Shown: in pieces, positions 1 through 13,423 of the stretch | Position numbering within the stretch: position 1 is the stretch's first letter | How the letters are laid out: each line of letters begins with the position of its first letter | Source of the DNA: Paraspadella gotoi | Taxonomy: Eukaryota; Animalia; Chaetognatha | Reading direction: 5' to 3' | Length of the DNA: 64,000 nucleotides | Assembly: GCA_051294375.1 (NCBI GenBank) | Contig: CM119270.1 | Coordinates: 11,263,626 to 11,327,625 of the forward strand | Translations under genes and position numbers: made by a program | The notes under the pieces: model-generated | What the model was told of the DNA's origin: nothing | The model's input: only the letters and a program-made list of their open reading frames with translations | The model's database searches: none

Positions 1-1230
1 TCCCATCTGAAAAGCTATTATTTTAATTTACCGACATAAATAACAAAAATAACAAATACAATAACAAAGGCAACATCAACGACGACCCGACATTTTCAAA
101 CGGAGGATTTTAGTGCAGAGATAAATAAAGAGGAAGAGAGGAGGCAATAATCAGGAGAAGCGCCGCTGGGACGTTTTAAAGACTTTTGTGTCTGGTGGGG
201 GATTGAGACAGTGGCTTGCCGGAAGCAATTTTGGTTAAATACTTATCGATATATAGAGATAAGTATTGGCTTACTAGAAAGGTTGAATGATTTTATTTTT
301 CTTTCCACTTTCTCTCCTTTTCTCATATGAGTTAAATATTTGTCTGTCCTGTCAGTATCTAACTTTTCTGACTGAAGCGAAAGAGCACTACTAAGCAAAA
401 CTTAATTGGAGCCACTTTTCAATTTTCAATTTCACTTTCAATAAGGTACTTTTGTATTAATTATTAAAGCTAAAGAATTTAATAGAGAATGCCATTTTAT
501 CAATCTCTTTATCAATTTTCCATCTTTTTTTATCCCATTTCTTCGAAACTCATGTCCGCCCCCTATCTCTTATTTTTTGCCCGCTTTTCTCTCTCTCTCT
601 TTCCCCTTTTCCCTCAGTCCACAACCTTGGCGCCCAGAAACGAGGCAAGCTCTGCTCTTTTTTTCCACGTCGTCTTCGTCGTCGTCGTCTTCGTCGTCGT
701 CGTCCATCCGTCCGAACGTCCGTGGTAGTCGCTCTCGTCGTCGTTGCCATCATCGTCTCGTTGACAACCATCGTGGTAATCGCTTTTGATGCCGTCGTCG
801 TCCTCGTCGTCATCGTCGTCGTCGTCCCTTTCGACGTCGTCGTTCTCGTAGTCGCTCTCCGGGCGACTGGAGGCTGCCACGTAGTCGTCGTCGTCGTCGT
901 CGTCGTTTTCGCGCATCTAGTCTCGAGATTATGCAGGAAAGTTGAAAGGATTTTTTTTCTTGCAACGCGAAGACGCACGAGACCACAAGTAAAGAGACGC
1001 ACGTCGAATCGGGGAAAAACGAGCGTCGAATCGCACGCAACTGGGTAAAAAATAACGCGCACCCTACATGTGCGCACCTTTTTTTGGTCTTCGCAAAAAA
1101 AAAAAAACAATCTAAATAAAACGCAAAAAACTAAAAACAATACGTTTCGACATTTAAAGAATAATTATTTTGTGTTTGTTTTTTTTTTTTCAGTTTATTT
1201 TTCTTTGCTTTAGCTGTATACTTTTTTCAA

Positions 1231-1622
<392 letters not shown>

Positions 1623-3161
1623 TGTTTCTCATTCCTTCTCTCTTTCACGTGATTTTTATTCACTTCCCATTCCACTCACGACATTCGCTCCGCTAAAACC
1701 CAACATCTGCCAAGATTCCATTTATTAACTGGTTCGTCCGTCGATGGAATCGTTCGACGCTGACGAGATTTCTGAGAAAAAGAGATCGATTTATATCGAG
1801 TTTAATGAAGCGGATGTCGAGACGAGTTGGTTGATGAACCGCAAATGGAAACATGCTGAGATGGAATTGGCAGAAATATGAACGACAGCTATCTGATAAG
1901 AATTGAAGATATTCTCGCGGTTGAAAAGAGCTGGTCAGCTTAACAACATTTTATGTTTTTTCATAAAGGGATATTTAATAGCAGATGCTCCGGGACGATA
2001 GAATCAACGAGCCAGTTGCAAATTTCTGAAATCGAGTCTGCGCAGGTGCCATTTGTCTTGACTGCATCTGCCGATCTAACGTCAGCGTTCTCCCTTCGTC
2101 TTTTCAACGTTTGAATTCATTTATTTTCATTTCGCTCAGACCTGGGATCCGAGATGTAAATTAATTCTCGTAAAAGATACGACGTTCATAAAGTGAATTA
2201 AAAAAGAGAGACAGGAGTCACTGAATAATTTTAAAACGTGAGCGCTGCACGAGGATATTACGTTGGGTTTTTTTATGCTACGATATTTTTCTTTCTTTTC
2301 AGATGCACAAGAAACGACGCATCGTAATTAAACCCAATCATCTTCACGCACGAATTTAGAAAATAAAACTTTTCAAATATTCAAAATATTAAATATTAAT
2401 TGATATAATCCTGACTTTCCCCGATTAACCAACTAAATAAGCATTCCAAATTTTTAAACTAAAAAAGAAATAAAGCAAGACTGGACAAGATGTTTAAAAA
2501 TGGCGACTTATTCCGCCGCATAAAACCCGACATATATTGCGCGACAAATCCGCTTCACCAAATTCTTATTCATCCCTAATTACTATTCAAAGTCATCCCT
2601 ATCTTCCAAAGAAAGAAAAGCGTTTCAGCCACAGATTCGCCGAGTCAGCGAAAGCAATAAACTCTCTCTTTATTGTTTTCCGCGTCTTCGCTTCTGCGCC
2701 ATCTGCGTCTTTTGTTTTCCTTCTGTCTCAAAATTCAACCCTCATCTTCCATTTTTCCATTTCCATTTTCCCGCCTCTTTTTTTAAATTAAATTTTTCCA
2801 TTTCAAATACTTTCTTTCTTGGATATCCCTGATCTCCCAGCCTCCGCACCTAGCACCGTTTAACGCGCATTGGCGGGATCGCTCCCTAGAGGATCCCCGC
2901 TTTCTCCTCGCGGTTCAACTACTGTTTTTTTTTTTGGCACCAAAGTAAGAAAATATACAAGTTACTAGAACCGCTATGCAAAGCATCTAAAACACAGATA
3001 CCCCTCGGATGTTAAACAACTTAAACAACGTAAACGACAACACAAAATCGTTTCAAGCCCAAAAATAAAATTAACGCCCGAATAAAAACGCCGCTTTTCA
3101 TCGCCAAAGAAAAAGCAATAATCAATCAGTAACCAATCAATCATCTTTCCAATCATCGATC

Positions 3162-6100
3162 ATGTGGACTTTCGGATTCGACGAGGATTCCGTCAAAATG
3201 GCGGCGGATCAGCCTCTTCCCACGGACGCGCTCTTCCTCCTTTCCGTCGGCGTCTTCGGTAAAAATTATCTATTTTTTATTATCATTTTTACAAATATTT
3301 AAAAAAACAAATAATTTTATCGACGTCACGCTGGGTCGGAGCGTCGTTTCGTATTCCGCCCGCTTTTCTGTCTTAATCTCATTTTCCTTTTTAACAAGGT
3401 TTTCTTCGTCCTCCGCCTCCGGTCTGGAACCTAATTTCTCCCTCGCGCACCTCATTTTCTATTCAGTCGATAAAGAGCTATAAATTTTCACAAAGACAAT
3501 ATGTAGCTTGCCTAGTTTTACAAAAATAACGTGTAGTTTTATTTTTCAATGACGTGTCCTTCGTTTATGCTTTTTACGTGAGTCTCGACTCTCGAGAAAA
3601 CATGAAAATCTAAAAATCACAAAAATGAAATCGTCAAATATTATCAATCGTGGTTTAATTCCAGGTTTGGCCGGCAATCTTTTTTCGCGGATGTTTTATT
3701 CATTTTCGTGAATCGACAAACCAAAATTCACCAAACGCGTTCATCATTTCACCACGCGATTTTGGACGGCGTGAGATGTCTTTTTCTGCCTACCTTTCGC
3801 CGGTGGGTGATTTCATATTTCCCTTGTTCCATTCTTAAATCTTGTGAAAACATTAGAGGTTTCAAATAGTTGATTATTATCTCAACCCGCACCGAACTTC
3901 CCTCGCTCGTCAAATGTCCAATTTCCAGGTTCGCTCATCTTCAACTCTGAGCCTCCCGCCTGCCTTGGTTCGGAGGCGCTTACGTTGTTCTCATGACCGG
4001 CGTCTGTTCTTAACATTTTTCGCCATGGTGTGTATATATACTTTATTATATTATTATACTATATAGGGTATCTGTTATATATGTAAAATATCAATGAAAT
4101 TAAAAATTATTTATATTATGTATAATGTTTAGGTCGTCATGGAATCTGCAAAATTTACCGACCAAAACTTATCCGTCAAGCCAAGTATGAACAAGTGAGT
4201 AAGAGAAATGAAAATAACAAATAATGAGGAAAATAGTCTCTATCTGTGTCGAGTCAAATTTCAAAAATATTCCACTTAAATTCATGGTTGAATATTTTTG
4301 GAAATTCCTGAAAAATTCCCAGTATACCCCCAGCCGGGCCTGTTTGAGCTTCGTCAGCAAACAATTATCAATTTCGCCTCAAAACCATCTGCTGATTCAT
4401 GACAATTCGTTTCTGCTGAGGAAATTAAAAGAAAGAAAAAAAGAGAGAAAGAAAAAAAGAAAGAAAGAAAGAAAGAGAGAAAGAAAGAAAGAAAGAAAGA
4501 ACTAAATAAAACATTAATTTTTATTTCTCAGGTGTTGTGTTTTGTTTGGAGTGATGATGCTTTGGATNNNNNNNNNNNNNNNNNNNNNNNNNNNNNNNNN
4601 NNNNNNNNNNNNNNNNNNNNNNNNNNNNNNNNNNNNNNNNNNNNNNNNNNNNNNNNNNNNNNNNNNNNNNNNNNNNNNNNNNNNNNNNNNNNNNNNNNNN
4701 NNNNNNNNNNNNNNNNNNNNNNNNNNNNNNNNNNNNNNNNNNNNNNNNNNNNNNNNNNNNNNNNNNNNNNNNNNNNNNNNNNNNNNNNNNNNNNNNNNNN
4801 NNNNNNNNNNNNNNNNNNNNNNNNNNNNNNNNNNNNNNNNNNNNNNNNNNNNNACAACAATAACAATTTGTAGTATAAACAAATAAATTTTCGCCCCAGA
4901 ACAACCAATAGCGACAGTAATGACAAACAGCGTACAGACTTTGAACGAGACGACGAAATAACGGACTAGTTTTTTTATTTTCCTTTGCCTAAAATGGAAA
5001 CCAGGATAATTGTCGTTTTTTCTTTAAAAAAAAGGATATCCCGACTGGAACACGGACATCGGCAATTGTTTGTTTGTTTACGACGGAAAAACCGTCCGTC
5101 CGTATCTTCTTTACTTTATGTTCATCATAACTTTGAGCGGCGCTTGCATTCTGGCGGTAAGTGGGGTTAAGGGGTGAGGTGAGGCAGGAAAAAGTGAATT
5201 GAACTGGAACCCGGGTGAGGGAGGCAGACAAAATTGGAATCTTGGAGAAGAATTGTATGGACAGAAATGGGTTGGGGAACTTCGTCCAATTTTCGCTTGG
5301 TGTCACTTTGCTCAAAGTTACTGGGTGGGTCGTTTGAGCATGAACATTGAGCATTGAGCGGTGAGTATAGCAGGGATTCGGTAAAGAAAAAATAAAATTG
5401 AAAATGTTTGGAGATAAGAAAAACCTAGTAATTTATGCCAAAATATATGGAAAATAAAAGATTTGTACGTAGCAAAGTATTTCTCATGATGAAAGTAAAT
5501 CTTATACTCAAGCAAAAGGTTATTTTGCAAACGAGTGGGTTCTTTTAACGTTGAAAAGTTGCATACACCCTATGCACTGCCGACCCCAAAGAATATCAAT
5601 AATCAATAATCAATAATCAACTACACTAATTTTAACAATCGCTTTAGGTTTGTTCCCTTCGCACTCTCTACAACGACATTAAAGCCAATACTTACTTCCG
5701 TCTAGCCACTCTCGCACGTCAAACTATGTTGTCACTCTCCCCCAGCGATAAGAAGGTGAGGCCTCATGAGGTTACTTTTCTTGAGAATTAGTTTTTTTTC
5801 AACTTATATAGAAAATTGAAGTCATTCTCTTTAATGATTGCATGTCGTCGTTGAATTGAAACATAATTCAGTTCGTACCATCGAAGACAAATTTATTGAA
5901 ATTGAATTTATTGACATTGAAGGTCTCAAAGTCATAATTGGTGGAAAAATTCGTCACCGAGTTGAGGCATGTCGCCTGAAAGTGTTGCTGTGGCTATTAT
6001 GTTTAAAAGTCGAGGTCACCAATGAAGAGACAGTAATAATTGTTACGAGTTAGTGACAGTGACAGTGACAGTCCCTGATCTTCGGATCAGGCTGTAACAC

Positions 6101-7699
6101 CCTGGTGCAGGTCGCCATAGCCAATGAAATTTAAATGCTAATGTATACACTATACAGTGTTAAAATAATCTATCATCAGCATAGATTATGGTATTAAAAT
6201 ATATTTTGTCAAAAATGCTTTCTTCTGGGGGTACTATCATAATTAAAATTATTATTTTATATTAAAAGTTAAACAAGAAATATAATTACAGCTTTTAAAA
6301 ATTCTTACATTTTCCAATTGAAAATTGGTTGTACCAATTTCATATAAAAACTGATAAAATCATCAAAAGATGATGATGATAACGATTTTTTACAGTTTTT
6401 TTTTATTTTTGACTTAATTATCATAAAAATATTTAAAAAAGAAATATACTTTGTGTAGACAGCTTTTTATGAGCTATCTGAATCTGGTCTTAAAATTGAA
6501 AAATTCTCAAAAGTTTTTGGATTTTCCTATCTATAAATAAATATTAAAAAATTAATAGAGCCATATACAAAAATTTTTGTCCATTGAAAGTACACTTAAA
6601 AGTGTATAAATTTACGATTGAGCGTGTATTCACAGTCAATTTTTGACTAAACCCATTGACTGCGGCTACCCCGAGTAAAAGTGGGCTAAGCGCCCTGTCC
6701 CTCTTAGCTGCTAAACGACCACCTGGCAAGAAACCCGGACCTTTGGGTTGGGAGGCGAATGACTTGCCTCCTGCACCAATGGCCGCCGATGAACGCTTGT
6801 TCGATTTTAATCCACCAAAGAATTCTTTAAAAATATTTACACCTAAAAACCTATCCTAGAAATATTAGGATATGAAGGCAATATGCAAATGAGATTTTAG
6901 TTTTAATCTCTTTTACGATTTTCTTCTTTTTTGCTTTTATTCTCATTATTTTTCTTGTTTATTTCTCTCATAGGAGCGAGAAAAGCGAAAGAGATGCGCG
7001 AAAACAGCGCTGCGTCGATGTACAGTCATTGTAGCAGTTACAGGTTACTTTTATTTAAACTGCAAAATGTGTATCGTTTTTTTTTTCTTTAGAAATTATC
7101 ATAAACTGGTTGAAATAAACTAAAAAGGAGATAATTGAAGTAACCGGATTTGCAACAATTATTTCCATTCCATTCAAGTTGCCTTTTGCGTTTGCTGGCT
7201 CCCCCTTGCCGTTCTCACCATCATTGATCCGGGATACAAGTTTTCTCATTTCCTCTACAAGATTTTTACCATAATCGCTTATTCTAACGGAGGTAAGGAA
7301 GACCAAATTCCCTGTCCGGGGTTCACTCCCTAATAATGATTACATTGATTTTTTTTTTAGCCATCAACCCCATATTCTACATTTTCCTTCACGCAAAGAC
7401 GGCTCATGCGTTAATGTATCTGGTCAAGTGCAAATTCATCGAGGATTGCCAAAAGTAAGGCTGGTTTAAATGTTATTGTAATTTTATATCGTTGAAAAAA
7501 AAAAAATTCCAAGAGACTTAACAGCGTTTTCTTCTTTCACATGAAGTCCCAAAGTTAAAGTGTGAAAAAGGTGAAGTTACAATCATTGGAACAAAAAATT
7601 GCACGATCTTCACGCTTACTGACTATGTTTTGGCGATTGTTGTGTCTCTGTTGCTGTCTGTCTGTCTTTCTTTCGCTCGCTCTCTCTCTCTTCTCTTCT

Positions 7700-7767
<68 letters not shown>

Positions 7768-8168
7768 TTCGCTCTCTCTTTCGCTCTCTCTTTTTGCAAA
7801 TTCGCACACACAACCATAAAGGACTCCTCTCACAAAACGCCTAAGCTCAGACGGCTTTCACAGCTTTTCTTTTCTGTTCCCCCATCCCTCCTCCAACCAG
7901 CCTCTTCTCCGGCGGGAACGACGACGACGACGACAGCGACGACGACGACGACGAGGACGAAGCCGACGTGGAACGCCCCTGCGTCTCTCCGCCCAGCGCC
8001 ACATGCAACGAGAGCGGCGACACAGCCACCACAACTCTCTCCACCGACGCGGCGTCAAACGCCGCCTCCGCCACCGCCAGCGCCGCCTCGCGTCGACGAA
8101 GTTGGCGCCTCTGGTTGTACTGCTTCAATGAAGCTACTAGACTGGAGCGGCGGAGACTCAATCAGTAG
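3162..8168 (+). CDS. Class A (rhodopsin-family) orphan GPCR, SREB/GPR85/GPR173-like, 11 coding exons
   Basis: Exons: 3162-3258, 3665-3802, 3929-4027, 4133-4194, 4532-(gap at 4568), 5035-5156, 5648-5755, 6974-7043, 7179-7292, 7361-7454, 7901-8168. TM1 LLSVGVFGLAGN; TM2 NAFI.HHAILDGVRCLFCLPFA; TM3 GAYVVLMTASVLNIFAMVVMESA; TM4 CCVLFGVMMLW; ECL2 IGNCLFVY; TM6 FCVCWLPL; TM7 AYSNGAINPIFY; acidic C-tail. Exons 2-3 contain several 1-nt indels. Confidence 0.85.
6052..6122 (-). mobile_element. Possible 3' end of a 5'-truncated non-LTR retrotransposon (RTE-like)
   Basis: On the minus strand, a GC-rich segment ends in the hairpin CCTGATC-CGAA-GATCAGG, then GAC and a (TGTCAC)3 tail, inside an AT-rich intron. 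Confidence 0.35.
6651..6787 (-). mobile_element. tRNA-derived SINE in GPCR intron
   Basis: Minus strand reads GGCGGCCAT-TGGTGCAGGAGG (A-box-like) ... GGTCCGGGTTTCTTGCCAGG (degenerate B box), followed by a core-like CCCACTTTTACTCGGGGTAGCCGCAGTCAATGGGT. Confidence 0.55.
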
Positions 8169-8410
8169 TCTGAATGCATCTAGAAAAGTCTGAATATATC
8201 TCAATAAGTCTGAATAAGTTTTCAAAGGACATTTTGAAAAAGTTTGAATGAGTTGAAGAAAATCTGAATATATCTGGAAAAATGTGAATGTATCTTAAAA
8301 AGATTGAATGAGTTTTGACAAGTCTAAATGTGTCTTGCTAATTCACAATGCGTCCTATAAAGACAAAGCGTCTACAAAGTTTGAATTCGTCCTAAATGTT
8401 TGTCTGAATG
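8168..8410 (+). repeat. Degenerate ~20-bp tandem repeat in GPCR 3' UTR
   Basis: Recurring units resembling AAAAGTCTGAATGTATCT start right after the stop codon. Confidence 0.6.
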
Positions 8411-9449
8411 TTTACTAATTTATCTCATGTTTGATTTTTCGAGGTTCTTTTTTGTTCTCTTTTTGTTCATTTAATTTAAGCAAGTTTTTGATTGAAAGTG
8501 GGTAAATCTTGAAAAGCCACATTTTAGAATCTTCAGGTGGACTACAAAAATAGTTCAATTAACTGATTAATTGATTTGCTTTTTTTTCAACCTCCGCCAG
8601 GAATCCAAATCAAGGTCTCCTTTCATTGTCTGCGCGCTGTGGGTTCAATTTTTCTTTCTAAACAACCAGAATTCTCCAAAATTTTACTTGCGCCAGCTAA
8701 ATTTTAAAAAAGCTGCGCCTAAAATATTTTTTTTTGGTTTATTATTGTTAATTTTTATTTTTAAGGATTTATCTTCCTATTCGTTACAATATTCATATTG
8801 AAATGCAATATGTTAGTACCGGCTTGGGTAACGCGATTTCATCATTGTGCTGTTAAAGTCGACGTTTGTTCCGTGTTTCTGTTAGTTAGAAGATAAATAT
8901 TTTTGAAAACTTTGCGGGTGAACTGTCATATTTCAAAAACGTTTTATGGATAGTTAGGTTCTACAATATTGATTATTACGAGAACAGGATGGCAAATCAA
9001 CGAGCTTTCTGTCGGTTACTTTTTATTTCGGTTATCTCATTATACCCGATATTTCTTAAGTTAGAGCCTGTTTGAATTCTCATTTTCCAGTATAAAACTT
9101 TGAGCGAAAGAAATATAATTTCACACTCAGTGGACTTAGTCATGGTTCTTCCTTTGTTGTTTATATCGAATTATTAAAAGAATCGTTGTGATGCCGTGTA
9201 CATTCCATGTTGTCAAAATGTAGCTGACCTACATAAATAGTCTATTTACTAAAAAGTATACCATTTAAAGGATTATCACGAAATTGTATTCATTTTAACT
9301 GATAACTACGTAAAATCGAGAAAGTTCCATAGTGAAAATAGAAAGCTAGACTTTTCGATAAGCTATCCTTTAATAATAATAACTTAATGGCCATAAAGAG
9401 CCCCAGAAAATTCTTCACTGCTGAAGAAAATCCGACGAAAAAAAATACT

Positions 9450-9465
9450 GGTTGCCGTAGCAACC
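9450..9465. promoter_or_regulatory. RFX X-box-like palindrome
   Basis: gGTTGCCGTAGCAACc fits the X-box consensus GTTRCC-NN-RGYAAC. Confidence 0.45.
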
Positions 9466-9548
9466 GTTAATTCGGTCATTTTATCAGATGATTTCATTAG
9501 TCATCCGAATCTTAATTCTACCCAAGGGTCTATCAATGATTCAGGTTA

Positions 9549-9630
<82 letters not shown>

Positions 9631-10294
9631 TTCAAACATTCTTTTCACACCCCCCTCATCCTCCCTCATACTTCACATGTTCCTGAATCTTCCCTCCCTC
9701 AATCCTTTTCCTAATTCACGGTTCCATTTCACCTCGAGTTCCGGTGAATCTCCATTTCACCGCCGGCCGAACGTCCGTCCGGAACGTGAGCCGGCCAATC
9801 GACGATGGTACATCCGGTGGCACAGTGGCACTGGTAACGAAATTGTAATTAGGGAAACATTAATTAGTACGTTTTAAAGGCAATCACAAATACGATATAA
9901 TCTCATTCATCGACAAAATTAATTTGTGTGGCCCTTACATTTCATGTAATTTACAGAGTAGTTTTCAGAAAAATACATTTTTAATAAGATTAATCGTGAA
10001 TTAAAATTTCGCACCATGCCCATTTCTAAGGCGACGTTCACTGTGCCGAGGGAAAAAAAAAGTCGTCCGCTCTCGGCAGCATATTATGAGTCTGTCGGTA
10101 TGTATGCCGAGGAGGAGGAGGAGGAGGAGGAGGAAGAGGAGGAGAAGGTGATAGGAGAAGGAGGAGCGAAGGGATGAGGAGAAACGAGAGGAGAATGGAT
10201 GAGGAGAGGAGTCCGGAAACGACCTAGCGGACGTCACCATCTACGTCATCACGGGACGCGGCGCGCCTGCGAATCAGGCGCCATCATCAGGCCA

Positions 10295-10327
<33 letters not shown>

Positions 10328-12190
10328 AGGATCTTTCCCCCGGTTGTTGTGGTTAACGTCCAGAAAAAAAGCATTTTATCCGGATTTTTTTCCTCTTTAT
10401 TTTTCCCCACTTTCACTATCACTCTATCTCTCTCTATCTTTCTCGCTAACAATCTCTTTCTTTCTCTCTATCTCGGGAGCTGATTCCATTGCTCGTATGT
10501 TTTACAACCGCAACTGTTCTTTTTTTATTATTATTTGCGCCGCGGTCGTCATGCTCTTTTGTTTTGCAAAAGAAACTAAAACTGCACATATAATTATAAA
10601 TATAAAATTTAAATACATACCAATTACCAATAAATTTGTAATTGGCTTTTCAGAAATGTATGCTTGGCAAACTTTAAACGAGCCTATACTTTACGAAAAA
10701 TTAATTTAGTTTATATTTTCTGGCAAGTTTTCATAAACTTATGAGATGTAAAAAAGATGACTTTAAAGTTATTTCTTCCTTCTTTTTCTCTTTTTCCGAC
10801 CTCCTTTTGTTTAAACAAATAATCCCATTAGCGCCCACGGCGACGACTGACATAAACTAAAGCAAAGAAGACGAAAACGACGACGACGAAGTCGACGACG
10901 ACAAAGAAGAAAACGAAGAACAAATACAGTCATTTAGATAACGACATCGATGACGACATAAGAGATAAAAATGACGATTTCGACGGCAATGACCATAGTG
11001 TGGAAAATTACATCGTTGATGTTTTAGACGATGACAACGACGTCGATGACATCTAGGAAAATGACGACAATAACAACGATGGATACAACGGCGAAGACTA
11101 AGTCGAAACGATAAAGATAACGACAACAATGACAACGACAACAACGACGACGAGCGAAGACGATATCGACGCGAAGTAACCCAGTTACGTGTCGGTCGTA
11201 ACGGCTTCACTTCGGAGCGCCTCCGGCCCAAACACGGAATGGCCCTAATCTCATCGCTCACGCCATCGTTGGCGTCGGATCTTTCCGCCTGTCACTAACT
11301 CGTTTTATCACTATACCTATCACAACGTTCACGCGTCGCTATCACCGAGAGTGTTTGGTTTGAATAAATAAAGATAATCTTTTTGATCGGCCTGATGGCA
11401 AATTTGATTTATACTTATGCTCTTTCCTAGATGCATTTTCGACTTAATATTTTTCATACAATTCGCGAAAAACCGAAGCTTTTAATTACTAACAAGATAA
11501 AACGAATTGTGTTCGCTGAAATTTCTCAATAAAAGTAAAATCTTTCATATCTTTAAGAAATCCGAATTAATCAAATAAATAATTCAAAACATCGATAGAT
11601 TAATGCACATTGCACATTTTTTATCAACCTTTACTGTTATACGTTTTTCTGTTATTAAGCGTTGTTTTATTGTTCTGTTATACGTAATTTAAATAAAAGC
11701 TTTTTTTTTTTTTTAAGATTGAGAAAACTCCTAACACGACCAGCATAATCTTCGTCTTTGACGACTTCAAGCTCCGTCGTGAGGAAAGATAGTTAATTCA
11801 ATTAGTTTTTTCCGTACGTTTCAGTATTTTATATTGCTTAATCTTTTTTTGGCTCTTGAGGTCACTGGTTTTTTTTGTTTTTTTTTTTGTTTTGTTTTAC
11901 TGTCCGACAGAAAAACTTAATAATAACACGTGAAGTGAAATCAAATAAATTCATTTTTTAAATATATTTTCAAATATCCGTTTTCATTGTATTGGAAAGC
12001 ACGAAAATAAAAAAAAAATTGTTTCACCTTCGCCGTTATCGACAATTCGCTCCTCTTAAAAACAACATGTACTTTAAAAAGAATTTAAGAGACACACAAT
12101 ATATACCCTTGAAATTTTATTTGTTGTCTTTTTTAAAAAAATATTTGTAAATGATAAAAAATAAGCAATATTTACGCTATTGTCCAACTA

Positions 12191-13216
12191 CAGTCCTGTG
12201 CAAAATAAACGCGCCACTTTATTTCAGACTTTAAAAATCATCTTATAAACTTAAATAAAAAAAAAAACAGTTAGAAGTGATTTAAAGTTTATTGAAAGAT
12301 GATAAGTTTGGTATAAATTTTATTAAAATTGGGCCATTCGTTTAAAAGCAATAATTTTTTAAAATGAAGTATTTTACCGCGAAGCTGAATATAAAAAAAT
12401 CTGATAGATTTAAAACTAATCTTTTTTCTTCTAATACTAAGTCGATTAAAAATGAAAAAAACTACACTGGTTATCCAAACGGACAGCTGGATAACTGGAT
12501 TGCGCTATATCCCTAAATAATGATCTTAAGGTTATTAAAACATACGATGAAAGACAGGTCTATGATTCTAAAGCTTTTACTTAAATTTCAAATGGGTGTT
12601 AAATAAAATTATCAAATACTGTGGCTAAATTATCTGATAAAACGACCTCAAATTTTACAAGGTGTAAAAAAATGGCTTATGTTTTTTATTTTTCAACTTC
12701 CAGTACTTCATCTTGCTTACTTTTTTAGTTATGTGCTCATTAATGGCATGATAGAATTTCAAAAAAGCAATTTTTTTTATATTTGAATAAGACATTCCTG
12801 TTATAAAATATACTTTTATGAAAAAATGAAATGTTTTAAAATTTTGATTCATCGTATAGATATAGATATTGGAGTATGTATCTGAGCAATCTGAATGTCA
12901 AAAGCTGTTTCACAACTACAATGGTAGTATGGTGAAGATAAAAATCGATTTTCCCATTTGGTTTTGGAACATTCTATTTTAAAAAATCATATTTCCTAAA
13001 CCACTTGACCGATTGTAATAAAATTTAGTCACATTGATTCCTTTTTTAACAATTTTTATGAAGTAATCCTTTCTTTTTCGTTGTTAGTAGTGATTAGAGA
13101 ATTGACAAAGTTTTTATTTGCAACGAATTTTATTTTAAATGAACAGACATGTTTCGACTTGCTTTACAAGCCTTCATCAGCGTTTAGACAGTTTGGTTTG
13201 AAATTTGTGCATAAGA

Positions 13217-13265
<49 letters not shown>

Positions 13266-13423
13266 GGTAGGCTTGTAAAGCAAGTCGAAACATGTCTGTT
13301 CATTTAAAATAAAATTCGTTGCAAAATTCTCTAAACAATTTTTTTATATAATTTTTAAAAATGTCTTTATAGATTGTCTGGAATTTAAAGATATAAAGTG
13401 GCGCCTTTTTTTGCACAGGAGTG
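12191..13423. mobile_element. Non-autonomous Tc1/mariner-type DNA transposon (MITE family A)
   Basis: TIRs CAGTCCTGTGCAAAATAAACGCGCCACTTTAT ... ATAAAGTGGCGCCTTTTTTTGCACAGGAGTG with TA on both sides and no ORF. A second copy lies at about 59183-59665. Confidence 0.8.
13141..13185 (-). ncRNA. Minimal type I hammerhead ribozyme (Penelope-like element type)
   Basis: Minus strand: aaacg-CTGATGA-a-GGCTTG-taaag-CAAGTC-GAAACATGTC/tgtt. It has the CUGAUGA and GAAA cores, helix II, a palindromic ACAUGU helix III, a GUC cleavage triplet and a short helix I. Confidence 0.7.

Noticed and set aside
1744-1881. 45-codon ORF MESFDADEISEKK...
   Set aside because: No recognisable homology or splice link. It could be a uORF but is unsupported.
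10850-11290. Asp-rich coding-looking stretch
   Set aside because: Stops interrupt the acidic frame. It is degenerate (GAC)n low-complexity sequence.
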